Source of the DNA: Octopus vulgaris
Lineage: Eukaryota
Reading direction: 5' to 3'
DNA length: 64,000 nt
Assembly: GCA_951406725.2 (NCBI GenBank)
Contig: OX597837.1
Location: forward strand, 38,316,001-38,380,000
Both the position numbers and the translations under genes were made by a program. Positions 42,561 to 58,460 of the stretch are shown here, in pieces. The first letter of the stretch is position 1. The number at the start of each line of letters is the position of its first letter. Under the pieces are notes generated by a model, which saw only the letters and a list, made by a program, of their open reading frames with translations, made no database searches and had not been told where the DNA came from.

Positions 42561-42602
<42 letters not shown>

Positions 42603-42604
<2 letters not shown>

Positions 42605-42817
42605 GTTTCAAATTTTGCCACAAGGGCAACTTAGGGGAGATGGTAATGAGTGCATTACGTCGATCCCAGTGTTCACCCGGTACTTATTTTATCGACCCCG
42701 AAAGGATGAAGGGCAAAGTGGAACTCGGTGGAATTTGAACTCAGAACGTAGCGGCAGGCGAAATACCGCTAAGCATTTCGTCCAGCGTGTTAACGTTTCT
42801 GCCAGCTCGCCACCTTA
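42603..42817 (-). mobile_element. SINE family B
   Basis: Matches the family consensus. Confidence 0.8.
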
Positions 42818-42891
42818 AAATATATGCATATATATATATATATATATAGTGTGTGTGTATATATATATATATATATATGCATATATATATA

Positions 42892-42957
<66 letters not shown>

Positions 42958-42987
42958 TATATATATATACATATATATATATATATT

Positions 42988-43121
<134 letters not shown>

Positions 43122-43719
43122 ATTCATCATTTTACCTGCAGCATAAGACCTGTATCAACAATATTAAACACAACACCTGCTGACGTACGCTGTACAATGC
43201 ACCTGGCTGTCGTTCGTTAATGAGTTCTGTTCGCAATTCAGTTTATGGCTTTCCTTCACATTGCCGTTCAATGTCGCTCATTGTCGGCCATTGTCCAGCC
43301 ATATCAGGCAAACCTTCATCGTTTTCTTGTCGGCTTTGGCCTCTTCGTTTATTTATTTATTTATTTATTTATCTATCTGTGTATTTATTTATTTGTTTGT
43401 TTGGTTGATTGTTTGTTTTATGTATTGCTGTTTCGCCATGTTTAGTGATAGGCTTTCGTAAATTTACATCGGTCTCTGAGATGCTGTGGTGGAGATATTG
43501 CGCTGCACTTCCCGCTGTAAATTGGATGAATAGACAAAGTAGAGAGACAGAGAGAGGGAGAGAGAGAGAGCAGGCAGAAATATAGGCAGAGAGACAACCT
43601 GATATGTGTGTGTGTGTGTGTGTGTGTGTGGGGGGTTTATATCGAGACGGAGAGGTGATCAGGAAGAATGTGAGAGCGATAGATAGATAAAGGTATACAT
43701 ACATACATACATACATACA

Positions 43720-43783
<64 letters not shown>

Positions 43784-43818
43784 GGCAGACAGACTGATAG
43801 ACAGACAGACAGACAGAA

Positions 43819-43957
<139 letters not shown>

Positions 43958-43966
43958 TAGATATAA

Positions 43967-44003
<37 letters not shown>

Positions 44004-44008
44004 CAGAA

Positions 44009-44091
<83 letters not shown>

Positions 44092-44278
44092 TAGATAGAT
44101 AGATAGATGGATAGATAGATCGATTAATAGAGAGATAGATAGATGGATAGATAAATTGACTGATTGATTAATTGATTGAGAGATAAATGAAAAGAACTAT
44201 TCACACACGTGCATATACTGCAAACAAACTATCCTAGACTTGACCTGCGCATGCGCACTCACACGGACGCAAGTGTAG

Positions 44279-44309
<31 letters not shown>

Positions 44310-45554
44310 AACACACACATAGGTCTACATATGCACTTGCGTATACTCAATTCCCTTACCTCGTAGGCATTATTCACCACCACCCATATCTAACGGTGCC
44401 TCCGTCACCAATATTAGCATCACCGCCATGCCCACCACTATCAATACCAAACCACCACTAATACCACCTCCACCACCACTACAACAACAACAACAACAGC
44501 AACAGCTACACCGCCAACAACGCCACACCTCCCCTATCATCATCTCAAAACAACTACCACCACCACCACCACCACTACAACAATAGGGCACACTCATTAC
44601 CATCACGACGACGACCACCACTACCACCACTATCACCACTACCACCACCATCACCACTACCACCACCACCATCACCACTACCACCACCACCACCACCACT
44701 ACCACCACCATCACCACTACCACCACCATCACCACTACCACCACCATCACCACTACTACCACCACCATCACCACTACCACCACCATCACCACTACCACCA
44801 CCATCACCACTACTACCACCACCATCACCACTACTACCACCACCATCACCACTACCACCACCATCACCACTACCACCACCATCACCACTACTACCACCAC
44901 CATCACCACTACCACCACCACCACCACTACTACCACCACCATCACCACTACCACCACCATCACCACTACCACCACCATCACCACTACTACCACCACCATC
45001 ACCACTACAACCACCACCATCACCATTACCACCACCATCACCACTACCACCACCATCACCTCCACCACTACCACACACACCACCATCACCATTACTATCT
45101 CTTCAGTAGACAGTCAAGTGCCTCTTGTCTCCACAACACGAATCCGAAAAGCTGGTGTCACGTTTTACCAAATAATTGGGGTGGGGTGGACGGGGTGTAT
45201 GTCTTTAGACAGTATATCACGTGATCTTTCCTTCACACACACACACTCTCTCTCTCTCTCCACCCTGCACTCTATATCTCTGTCTCTCTCTCTCTCTCGC
45301 TGTTCTTCCCTCTCCGTCATAGCAAAATGCATGTTTGGATTCTCATACCTTTCTGTATGTCAGACTCCCTCACATAATTCCAGGTATATTCCCCCTTTCC
45401 GCCTCCTCCCCACATAACAATCTTTCACATCTACCCGTCGACCTGTACCCCTATGACCCTCAAAGCAAAACTTGCTATTATGTAAATATTTGTCTCTAAC
45501 TTCTCTCATCACATACACACACAAACACATAGTATGTATCACCATGCGTATGTA

Positions 45555-45603
<49 letters not shown>

Positions 45604-45709
45604 TATATATATAGTGAGAATTTACAAAAAAGCAAAAGACGAAGACGGGTGTGGACACAGGACGTCATGAAACGTGTACAACAAAAAATACGAAGTACGA
45701 GTACATGGA

Positions 45710-46262
45710 ATATGAACTATTTTTTCGCAAATGGAAAAACAAGACAAACGGCATAAAGAACGACCCTTCATCAGTTAAACCTTTGCTTCGGATCGAGTTG
45801 GATGGCGAACAAAAGTGTGGAGTGGAGAAAAGCATTTGAAGAGGCCAGGATAACACAAGTAAGACTCAAAAGAGATCTAATGAAGAATGTAACGATCGAG
45901 AAGGTGAATGACAATGACCTTTTTGTGTGCACAGTCTGTGACAGACCATGTCTGTCTTTGGCTGGCCTCAAATCTAATCTGCGAACGCATGGAAAACGAA
46001 CCCCCACCAACTATTATGACTATAAGTCTGTGCACACCTTTGAATACAGTGTATGCCAGAAGGTTAGTAAATCTGACAGAGGCCTCAAGAGACAATTTAA
46101 GATCCACAAAGAGCAGAACTTATCTGCAGCTCTTCGAGGTCCAAAACGGAGGTGGAATCTATTTGGGTGTCTTTTCAGAACATTGTCTGGTTTAAAAAAA
46201 AACACATTAGACGCCATGATGGTGCTGAGTTGTAGGTACCAGAGGTGGTCAAACTCTGTATA
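45710..46262 (+). mobile_element. RTE-clade LINE 3' end with degenerate C2H2 zinc fingers
   Basis: FEEARI..FVCTVCDRPCLSLAGLKSNLRTH plus two further decayed fingers; frameshifts upstream. Confidence 0.7.
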
Positions 46263-46307
46263 AGGAGTAGACAACCACCATATCACTATACGTCCATATA
46301 AAAGATG

Positions 46308-46542
46308 TAGGCGGCGAGCTGGCAGAATCGTTAGCACGTCGGGCGAAAATGCTGAGCAGTATTTCGTCTGCCACTACGTTCTGAGTTCAAATTCCGCCGA
46401 GGTCGACTTTGCCTTTCATCCTTTCGGGGTCGATTAAATAAGTACCAGTTACGCACAGGGGTCGATATAATCGACTTAATTTGTTTATCTGTCATTGTTT
46501 GTCCTCTGTGTGTTTGGCCCCTTGTGGGTAGTAAAGAAATAG
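46308..46542 (+). mobile_element. Full-length SINE family B
   Basis: Matches the family consensus. Confidence 0.9.
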
Positions 46543-47815
46543 GTACATATAAAAGATGTTTGTAAAATACATGTCTTATAATACCACAATGCTTCCAGCT
46601 CCACCACCGCGACACACAACAAAGACAACACTACCAAGAGTATGTGAAGACACCACCACCACCACCACCACCACCACCATCAATAACAACATCACAAACT
46701 CCATGCACACGTTCAATGCCCTCGCCCCGCACTATCTTAGCGTACACCATAGTTAGTATTAATAATCAGTACAACAACCGATACCCTCACCACCACCACC
46801 ACCACCACCATCGTCAGCACCGATACCACTTCTTATGATATTTAGGATGACAACGACCATCGCCACAACCACTGCCTCCAACAACACCACCACAAACACT
46901 ACCACAACCACAGCTACCACCACCTACCACAGCCACCACAACCACAACTACTGCCTCCATACCACAACTACCACCACAATCACTCTCTCCACCACACCAT
47001 GACCACAATCACTGCCTACGCCACCGCCACCACCACCACCACCACCAACACCATATCCACCTTCTCCACCCCGCTGCTAGTCTCATCTTCACCACAACAA
47101 CAATCAACAACAAACTCTGCACCATTAACCACCACCACCACCACCACCACCACACACCAACAACAACAACAACAACAACAACAACAACTACTCCAACGCC
47201 ATGATTACCACTCCAACCACTACCACCATCATCACCACAGTCACCCCAACATCACCATCATCATCATCACCACCACCATTACAGCCACCATCGTTAACTC
47301 TACTACCACAATTAGCCTTATCACTGCAACCATTACGATTAGCACCCGCAAAACCATCAACACCACCACCACTACCCCCACCACCACCACCCCTCCTTGT
47401 GGCATTACGACGACCATCATCCCACTTCTCGTACTCTACCGCAATCAAATGTGAAGGGCTCACTGACGAAGCCCTCTCCAAACCTCATTAATTACGGCGA
47501 TTATTACACCCTTAATTGACCCCATCCAATTACGTCCCTTTAAAATAGACCCTTAAACTTTTACAACCAGAGACACACACACACATTCCCCTCCGTCGCC
47601 CCATCTCATTCTCCAGCCATCGTCTGCTCTTGTATCCTATCGTCTGCTCTCCAGGGATTTAATTCCAACCCCCACTTCCCTCACCCCCAACATCACCGAG
47701 CAACTCCTTTCTCTCTAAATATCATGGCTGCCTTCTTCGGCCTGTTTCCGCTCGCCCTGCTTTCTCACATTTATTTTTATCAATTACGAACGTATACACG
47801 TTATACATACACACA

Positions 47816-47850
<35 letters not shown>

Positions 47851-48016
47851 CCTCTCTCTCTCTCTCACACACACACACACTCTCCCTCTCTCTCTCACAC
47901 ACACACACTATCTATCTATCGATATATATATATATATATGTCTGTCTTTCTATCTGTCTATCTGTCTATCTGTCTATCTGTCTATCTATTTATCTATCTA
48001 ACTACCTCTTTCTCGC

Positions 48017-48068
<52 letters not shown>

Positions 48069-48072
<4 letters not shown>

Positions 48073-48527
48073 AATATTCACAAAAAAAAGACAAAAGACG
48101 AAGACAGGTGGTGTAGAAAACAAACAGATGTATTAGTATAACGCTCAGGAATAGAAAAAGTCTTTTACGTTTCGAGCCTACGCTCTTCCACAGAAAGGAA
48201 CACAGAAAGAAACAAGGAGAGAAAATAAAGAGAGAAAAAATATATATGTATATATGTATATATATATATATATATATATAAATATATATACATATACACA
48301 TATATAACGGGAAGCTTTATGAAAATAGACAAAAGACGAAGGCAGGTGGAAAACAAACAAACAATTGTATTAGTATGGCGCTCAGGAAATATAAATAAAA
48401 CAAGTCTTTAACGTTTCGAGCCTACGCTCTTCAACAGAAAGATACACAGAGAGAAAAAAACACAGAAAGAAGGAGAGAAAAAAATGCGTGCAGTAACTAA
48501 CGAACCAACATGGCGATCTGATTTCGG

Positions 48528-48530
<3 letters not shown>
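48069..48530 (-). mobile_element. Two tandem PLE-like CUGUNGA elements split by (TA)n; HHR-like motifs at 48162-48197 and 48406-48441
   Basis: CUUU-CUGUGGA-A-GAGC(GUAG)GCUC-GAAAC-GUA-AAAG and CUUU-CUGUUGA-A-..-GUU-AAAG. Confidence 0.7.
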
Positions 48531-48608
<78 letters not shown>

Positions 48609-49438
48609 GGAAGTATGTGACGATACGGTTTCCACTTCAATTAGCAGGAACGAAATCAAAATTATTTCAAACCTTGACCATCCATCTGTTTTTTTTTAAA
48701 CTTCATGGATCAAAATTACCAATACCACCACCACCAACAACAACAACAACATCACCACCACAACCACTACTACCACTACAATCCCTACATCCTTCTGCAA
48801 CCACCACCATCAAAAGGAGCACCACCACAATCATCACCATCACCATCATAACCCCCAAAGCCGCCACCATCACCACAGCCACCACTATAACTACCACCAT
48901 CAGCACCACTACCATAACCACCACCGCCATCATCACCACCAACACAATCACCACTACCACCACGACCGTCACCACCCTACCATCACCACCATCACCACAG
49001 TCACCACCCTACCATCACCACCATCACCACAGTCACCACCGTCACCACCCCCATTCACCACCACCACCACCACCACCACCACCGCCAATTCTATTCCTCT
49101 GCCGCAATCAATTGCGAAGGGCTCACTTACGAAACCCTTATCTGTTCTTTAAAATTCTTTAAGACAATTGGGTGTAATTTAAAAGAGATTTGGCTGCTAT
49201 TATTAGCACCTCTCACGACCTCAATGAAGCTTTGTCGATAGAAAGGTTTGAGAGGTGTCCAAATATCTGAAATGACAATTGTTATCGATAAATCGATACG
49301 GAGAATCACTTCAAAAGTCACACTCCCAAATGGCGGTGTTCTTTAAGAAGCGTCAATATGTCAGTCAACTGTCTACGGAAATGGTAAGAAAGGAATGTTT
49401 GATTACACCGATTCCTACACGTCTGCCATAAACCGATT

Positions 49439-49504
<66 letters not shown>

Positions 49505-49572
49505 AATATGTCTGTCTGTCTGTATTTCTGTCTGTCTATCTGTCTGTCAATCATTATATCTCTCTCTGTCCA

Positions 49573-49640
<68 letters not shown>

Positions 49641-49708
49641 AATATGTCTATCTGTCTGTATTTCTGTCTGTCTATCTGTCTGTCAATCATTATATATCTC
49701 TCTGTCCA

Positions 49709-49781
<73 letters not shown>

Positions 49782-50009
49782 GTCTGTCTCTCTGTCTGCC
49801 TGTCTGTATGTATGTCTGTTTGTCTGATTGTCTGTGTCTTCTATCTATACATACACACACATGCATATATCCAACCACCCAACCAACCATCCATCCATCC
49901 ATCCATCCATCCATCCATCCAGCCATCCATACATACATACATACATACATACATACATACACACACACATACATACATACATACATACATACATACATAC
50001 ATACATACA

Positions 50010-50041
<32 letters not shown>

Positions 50042-50837
50042 AACATATGTCTGTATATGATTCTTTTACGGTAAACATTTGTGAACCGGAATGCAGGAAT
50101 CGGTGCCTCATGAAGCGGAGATGCAGCTGCGCAGGTGTTTCAACCCCTTCCACCGCAGCACCAGAGCTGACCGAGCCTGCACCCTCGCTGTAGGCGCCAA
50201 AACACACCACACAATCAGCCTGAGCTTTGTTGAGTCGGATGTGGCGACTCTCAGGCAGTTGTGGTAACTCTAGGCCAGTTGTTTCTGCCATCCTCGATGC
50301 TCGTTCCTGCCTCCCTCTTCGCACTAGTCATCCTCCCTCTTGACTCAGATATAAAGGCTTGCTTTTCCAGCGGCTTCCAGCAATATTCTGGCAACTTGCT
50401 TGACAGGATTTCATCTGTCACCCTCTGAAGAATTCGTTTGTCACCCTTTCGCACCATAGCGAGATTCCACTTGCCATATATATACACGCATAGTTTCCTG
50501 ACATCTAGTTAACCTCCAAGATATTGCATGGCCCGGGGTGGCAATAGTAGAATGGGTTTGCTCGAAGTCACGTTCGGTGAGACTAATCTCGAGGCTACGA
50601 TAAGCTAATTTCTTAAGGCGAGAGAAAGAAAAGTAGCATGTAAGATAGAAAGCTGGATAGAGAGAAAGAGAGAGAGAGGGAGCGAGAGAGAGAGAGAGAG
50701 AGGGAGCGAGAGAGAGAGAGAGAGTGAGAGAGAGAGAAAGAGACAGAGACAGAGACAAACAGATAGGTAAGTAGACAGGTAGACAGATAGGTAAAATAGA
50801 TAGGTAGATAGAGAGATAGACAAACAGATAGACAGTC

Positions 50838-50909
<72 letters not shown>

Positions 50910-51196
50910 GGTTGGAGAGACAGACAGACGCGGATAAATAGATTGGCAAAGAGAGAGAGAGAGCGAGAGAGAGAGGGGGGAGAGAATAGGAAAGAAAGAG
51001 ACGAAGAGAAAGATTGTTTGCGTAAGGGAACGAGAGAGACAGAGGCAAAAGAGATAGCGAGAGTAATACGTAAAAGAGGAAAGCTTTAAGATACATCTAC
51101 AGGTTGTTAACGTCAGATTAACAGTATATATATGTGGATATATTTGCGAATTGTTCGTACATGTATGTATAGACACAGCTATGATTTTACGTACAA

Positions 51197-51236
<40 letters not shown>

Positions 51237-51489
51237 GCGTGTGTATTTAGTCATATTTATGTGTGTGTATATATATATAAACACTTATATACTTACATGA
51301 GTGCATTTATATACACATGCATTCATGTGTTCTTGTATATACATACACGGTATATATACAAATACACGTTGCACGTTTGTGCGCGTGCGCGCTCGCGTGT
51401 GTGTGTCTGTGTGTGTTTACGTGTGTGTGTATTATGTTTTCATGTTATGATAACTAAATATGTGCATTTATGCTTATCTCTCTCTCAAT

Positions 51490-52160
<671 letters not shown>

Positions 52161-53066
52161 GTTATATAATTACTTTCCTTTGTACTCGCAAATCGTATCA
52201 TCTTAAAAAACATGTATGCGTGTGTGTGTGTGTGTGTGGGAGAGAGAGAGAGGACGAGAGAGAGAGGAAGAGAGAGAGAGAGAGAGAATGTGTGTTTGAG
52301 TCCCTGTATTTATGGGTATATATGTGTCTATGCATATCCATGACGTGTGTATGTGTGTGTGTGTGTGTGTGAGTGTGTTCTTTCTAATTTGGCGCGATTT
52401 GAGAGGACAAAGGGAAGTAATTGAAAGATGGTCACGCGCTGATCACAAGGTCAGCTGAAGAGAGACTGAAGCGCCGAGGAAGGCTAAGCTGTTGTTGACG
52501 ATCAAGATGGCGTCGAACGATCACAAGTTGATATGAAAAGCGGTTAATTAGAAATGAAAACCTTGGAAAATTGACCTTGGGATTTACCGAGTGCTAGAGC
52601 GTACACCGCCGTATACACACATGTATATTTGTATATATGCACACACACACACAAAAACACACGCATATATATATATATGTCTATAAACACATGCACACAT
52701 ATATATATTGTATATATATATATATACATATATATATACACACATATGTTATATATATACACTCAGGTACTTTTACCTATATACCTTACATATTGGTATT
52801 CATACACATTCTCACTCTCTCACTCTCTTCCTTTCTCTCTCTCTCTCTCTCACACACTCACATGAATCCATATATATATATATGTGTGTGTATATTAATG
52901 TATGCATGTATATAGATGTATATACATATGCATGTTCACATATGTATATATGCATGTATAAACTTACCTTCCTAGGTATGTTTATACATAAAAACATATA
53001 TGCAAATATTCGCTTACGTAAAACTAACAAACCGAATTAGGTACATACATACATACATACATACTT

Positions 53067-53146
<80 letters not shown>

Positions 53147-53634
53147 CATGTAAGATCGACAGTGTTACTTATATACATACCTATACATACATAGATATAT
53201 GTGCATGTATGAGTGTGTGTATATATATATTTACGCACAGGCAGCCATATATATACATATATATATTTATATATATATATATATATGTATGTATATAGTT
53301 ACATATATGCATATATATATATATATAGAGAGAGAGAAAGATAGATATACATATATGTGCATATATATATATGTGTGTGTGTATGTGGGTGATGGTGCAT
53401 GCGTCCCTGTTAGAGAGAAAGATACAGAGAAAGAGTGAGTAGAGAGATAGTGTGTGAGAGAAAGAGAGTGTGACAGACAGACTGACAGACAGACAGGTCG
53501 ATACGTATGACGATACAGCGATCAGGATAAATACAAGTAGTATTTATCATGAGCAAAACAGAATAATCTGCACACATACACACCAATACATATACGCACA
53601 AATTCATATACATCCATGCACACATGCCATGCAT

Positions 53635-53696
<62 letters not shown>

Positions 53697-53700
<4 letters not shown>

Positions 53701-54050
53701 CGAGCTGGCAGACACGTTAGCGCGCCGGGCGAAATGCTTAGCGGTATTTCGTCTGTCATTACGTTCTGAGTTCAAATTCCGCCGAGGTCAACTTTGCCTT
53801 TCATCCTTTCGGGGTCGATAAATAAAGTACCAGTTTCGTACTGGGGGTGATATAATCGACTCAATCCCTTCGTCTGTCCTTGTTTATCCTCTCTATGTTT
53901 AGCCCCTTCTTGATAACCGATGCTGGTGTGTTTACGTCCTCGTCACCTAGCGGTTCGGCAGAACTGACCGATGGCTTATAAAGAATAAGTCTTTGACTGG
54001 AGGCGGTGCACCAGCATGGCCGCAGTCAAATGACTCAAACGAGTAAAAGA
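53697..54050 (+). mobile_element. SINE family B followed by a family A 3' part
   Basis: Consensus matches with a junction near 53909. Confidence 0.8.
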
Positions 54051-54074
54051 ACCGTTTACTCTGCTACATTTTCT

Positions 54075-54272
54075 CTAAACCTCCTCTGGTAAGTAGCATT
54101 TGGTGAATGGAGTAGTTTGATATTATTGCCCGCGTTTCTGCCGTGAGATAGGCTCATCGGGAACTTCTGGCAGGAAGAGGTCCAGTTTTGCTTCCAAGAC
54201 ACCAATACCTTCCCTATGCAGATCTCTCAGGCCTTTTGGGAGGATATTGAAGAGCTATCGGCCCCTGAATCC
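54075..54272 (-). mobile_element. CR1-like LINE 3' fragment, related to 40670-40860
   Basis: Minus strand translates LFNILPKGLRDLH..KLDLFLPEVPDEPISRQ. Confidence 0.75.
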
Positions 54273-55227
54273 TATGTAATAAAACATAATAAAGGGTTAG
54301 AAAGACGCTAAGCTAGCCTCACAGTATTTGACATAAATAGGCGCGAAAAATTATATAATTAATTATGCGCACACTCCAACCCGCTGTCCGTCCTCCTCAC
54401 CACGCCGCCACCAATATGGCTGTATTCTGAGGTTCGATATGATTAATTAAATATATAGAAATTCTACATTCAATTTAACTGTCTATCGATTGATTCTTTA
54501 TCTTCCATATTGGCCGTGGAATTAATTATGCTTGGCACCTAAAATATATTGATTGATTTTTTAACAAGACCCAAAACATCTCGGTGATAAAATGGTGGTG
54601 ATGGTGATGGTAGTGGTAGTGGTGGTGGTGGTGGTGGTGGTGGTGGTGGGGGCGATAGATGTGGTGGTTGTAGTTACGGTGGCGGAGACAATCGCGATGG
54701 TAACCTTGGTGATGGCAGTGATGGAGGAGACGATGACGGGTGGGGTGATGAGGGAGCTGGTTGCGCTAAGAGCGGCTAGAGATGTGGTGGTGATGGTATT
54801 GGTGGTGGTGGTGGTGGTGGTGGTGGATGGGAGAACGATGGTTGTGGAGGTTGTAGTTGTGATGGTGAGCACGGTCCAGGTGGTAATCTTGGTGATGCTA
54901 ATGATGGTGATGGACAATGGCGGTGGTGATGGTGGCGGCAGTGGTGGTGGCAGTGGTGGTGGTGGCAGTGGTGGTGGTAGTGGCGGTGGTGATGGTTGCG
55001 GTGGTGTTGGTGGCGGCGGTGGTTGCGGTAGTGGTGATGGAGGTTGTTTTGGTGGTGGTGATGCTGTTGCGGATCACGGTGGTGGAGGGCAAGTCATGTT
55101 GGTAAACATGGTGCTAGTAGTGGTGATGGTGATGATGGTGGTGGTGGTGTTGGTGGTGGAGCTACGTCTGTAATCGATTGTATGTTATTTAATAATTACT
55201 AATATTAGCCAATTCATAAAAGCACCC

Positions 55228-55285
<58 letters not shown>

Positions 55286-55311
55286 CATTATTATTATTAT
55301 TATTATTATTA

Positions 55312-55342
<31 letters not shown>

Positions 55343-55371
55343 CATTATTATCATTATTATTATCATTATTA

Positions 55372-55453
<82 letters not shown>

Positions 55454-55461
55454 CATTATTA

Positions 55462-55501
<40 letters not shown>

Positions 55502-55530
55502 CATCATCATCATCATCATCATCATTATTA

Positions 55531-55611
<81 letters not shown>

Positions 55612-55619
55612 CATTATTA

Positions 55620-55650
<31 letters not shown>

Positions 55651-55670
55651 CATCATCATCATCATCATCA

Positions 55671-55728
<58 letters not shown>

Positions 55729-55790
55729 CATTATTATTATTATTATTATTATCATTATTATCATTATTATTATTATTATTATCATTATTA

Positions 55791-55824
<34 letters not shown>

Positions 55825-55882
55825 CATCATCATATTATTATTATCATTATTATCATTATTATTATTATTATTATCATTATTA

Positions 55883-55988
<106 letters not shown>

Positions 55989-56011
55989 CATTTCTATTAG
56001 AAATCATCGTT

Positions 56012-56052
<41 letters not shown>

Positions 56053-56326
56053 TACTGTCGCCTTCTCAGACGGTGGCGGTATGATGCAAGGTGTATGGGG
56101 CGCGGCTTGGGGCTGGGAGGGATTCGGTGCGGCGGATTGGATGGAGAGATGGATGGATGGTTGGCCGGGGAGTAGAGGGGACAGGGTTGGCGTCGGGATA
56201 AAAATGAAGTAGCAGTCAAGTAGCGGTGCGTCGATTTAACGGTAGAATGGGTGCCGGACCAAATATGTGTGGATTGGCCAATATTTATTAATTACATTTA
56301 GAAATATTGTGTGTCTGTATATATAT

Positions 56327-56679
<353 letters not shown>

Positions 56680-56806
56680 ATGTATATATATGTATATATA
56701 TATATATATGTATAAATATATGTATATATATATATATGCATATATATATATATATATACACACATACATATATATATATGCATATATGTATATATATATA
56801 TATACA

Positions 56807-56876
<70 letters not shown>

Positions 56877-57339
56877 TATATACTCATACATATATATATA
56901 AGAATATATATATTTGTATACATGTGTGTACACATACCCATGTATCTATATGCATATCTACATATATTTACATACATTTATATATATATATATATATTTA
57001 TGTATATATATATATATGTATGTGTGTGTAAATATCTATCTATGTATGTATATACATGTATATACATAAAAATGTATGGTAATATATGTATGTGTGTTTG
57101 TGTGTGTGAATTCCTTTCAGGGGTTTTTTATGTTATATTTTTGTTAGATAACCTTTATTTGATTTTTATAGAATATTTAGGCAAATATTCGCACTAAATG
57201 CGACATATTTTTTACTTGGTTGGACTGAGCTGGGCCTGGGAATGATCGATTATATTGATTCGGTGGGGGGGGGACTTATTTTTATCGATCGCCTTCAGAA
57301 TTAAAGGAAAAGTTGTTGTTTCTGCTGAACTCCCGGTCA

Positions 57340-57665
57340 GCTTTGAACGACATCAGCCACATGCAACACAACCACATGTACGCCACATGGTGATCTCATA
57401 TCAAGATAAAACAGCGCATGAATTTGCAGGTCAGGCCTACTTAGAATTTTCTTCAGGCTGGGTAGCCCATCCCGCTCTAAAAAGGTCCCTGAATAAGGGC
57501 TGTTTAAGCATCAAGAATGAAACACTACGTTTCCAGGGGGTGAATTACTCAACACATGGTTATGCTGCTTCCCCAATACTCCTATTCTTCTTCTTCTTCT
57601 TCTTCTTCTTCTTCTTCTTCTTCTTCTTCTTCTTCTTCTTCTTCTTCTTCTTCTTCTTCTTCTTC

Positions 57666-57697
<32 letters not shown>

Positions 57698-57854
57698 CTT
57701 CTTCTTCTTCTCCTTCTTCTTCTTCTTCTTCTTCTTCTTCTTCTTCTTCTTCTTCTCCTTCTTCTTCTTCTCCTTCTTCTTCTCCTTCTTCTTCTTCTTC
57801 TTCTTCTTCATCATCATCATCATCTTCTTCTTCTTCCTCTTCTTCTTCTTCTTA

Positions 57855-57885
<31 letters not shown>

Positions 57886-57892
57886 AATTATT

Positions 57893-57973
<81 letters not shown>

Positions 57974-58205
57974 GAGTGAGAGAGCAGTGCATGCCATCAA
58001 ACTGACACTGGGGTACAATTATACGAAGCCCAGTATACTCATCATGACTACCCGTCTGATAAGGGTACACTAGGCACATACATCACAATCATATGTGCGC
58101 GACATGGTGATTTCATGTCAAGATAAACAGCGCATGACCTTGCTGGTGGGGCCCACTTAGAATCTTCTTCAAATCGAGGAGCCCATCCCACTCAAAAGGT
58201 TCATG
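57340..58205 (-). mobile_element. Two copies of a (TAA)n-associated retroelement 3' region
   Basis: catggtgat(c/t)tcat(a/g)tcaagataaa..cagcgcatga shared by 57340-57570 and 57974-58205; the latter abuts (TTA)n. Confidence 0.6.
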
Positions 58206-58215
58206 AATAAGATTA

Positions 58216-58300
<85 letters not shown>

Positions 58301-58460
58301 TATTATTATTATTATTACTATTACTATTGTTATCATTATTAAGTCGGTGAGCTGGCAGAATCGTTTGCACGCCGGGCAAAATGCTTCGTGCCGTTTCGCC
58401 CGTCTCTGCGTTCTGAGTGCTTATTGCAAAAAGGGTTATTATTATTGTTATTATTATTTG

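Noticed and set aside
50060-50600. Complex coding-like stretch on the minus strand (..QADCVVCF..)
   Set aside because: Probably a decayed transposon ORF, but frames are broken and the family could not be assigned.
52454-52480. CTGAAGAG, a possible HHR core
   Set aside because: No stem II, GAAA or NUH downstream.
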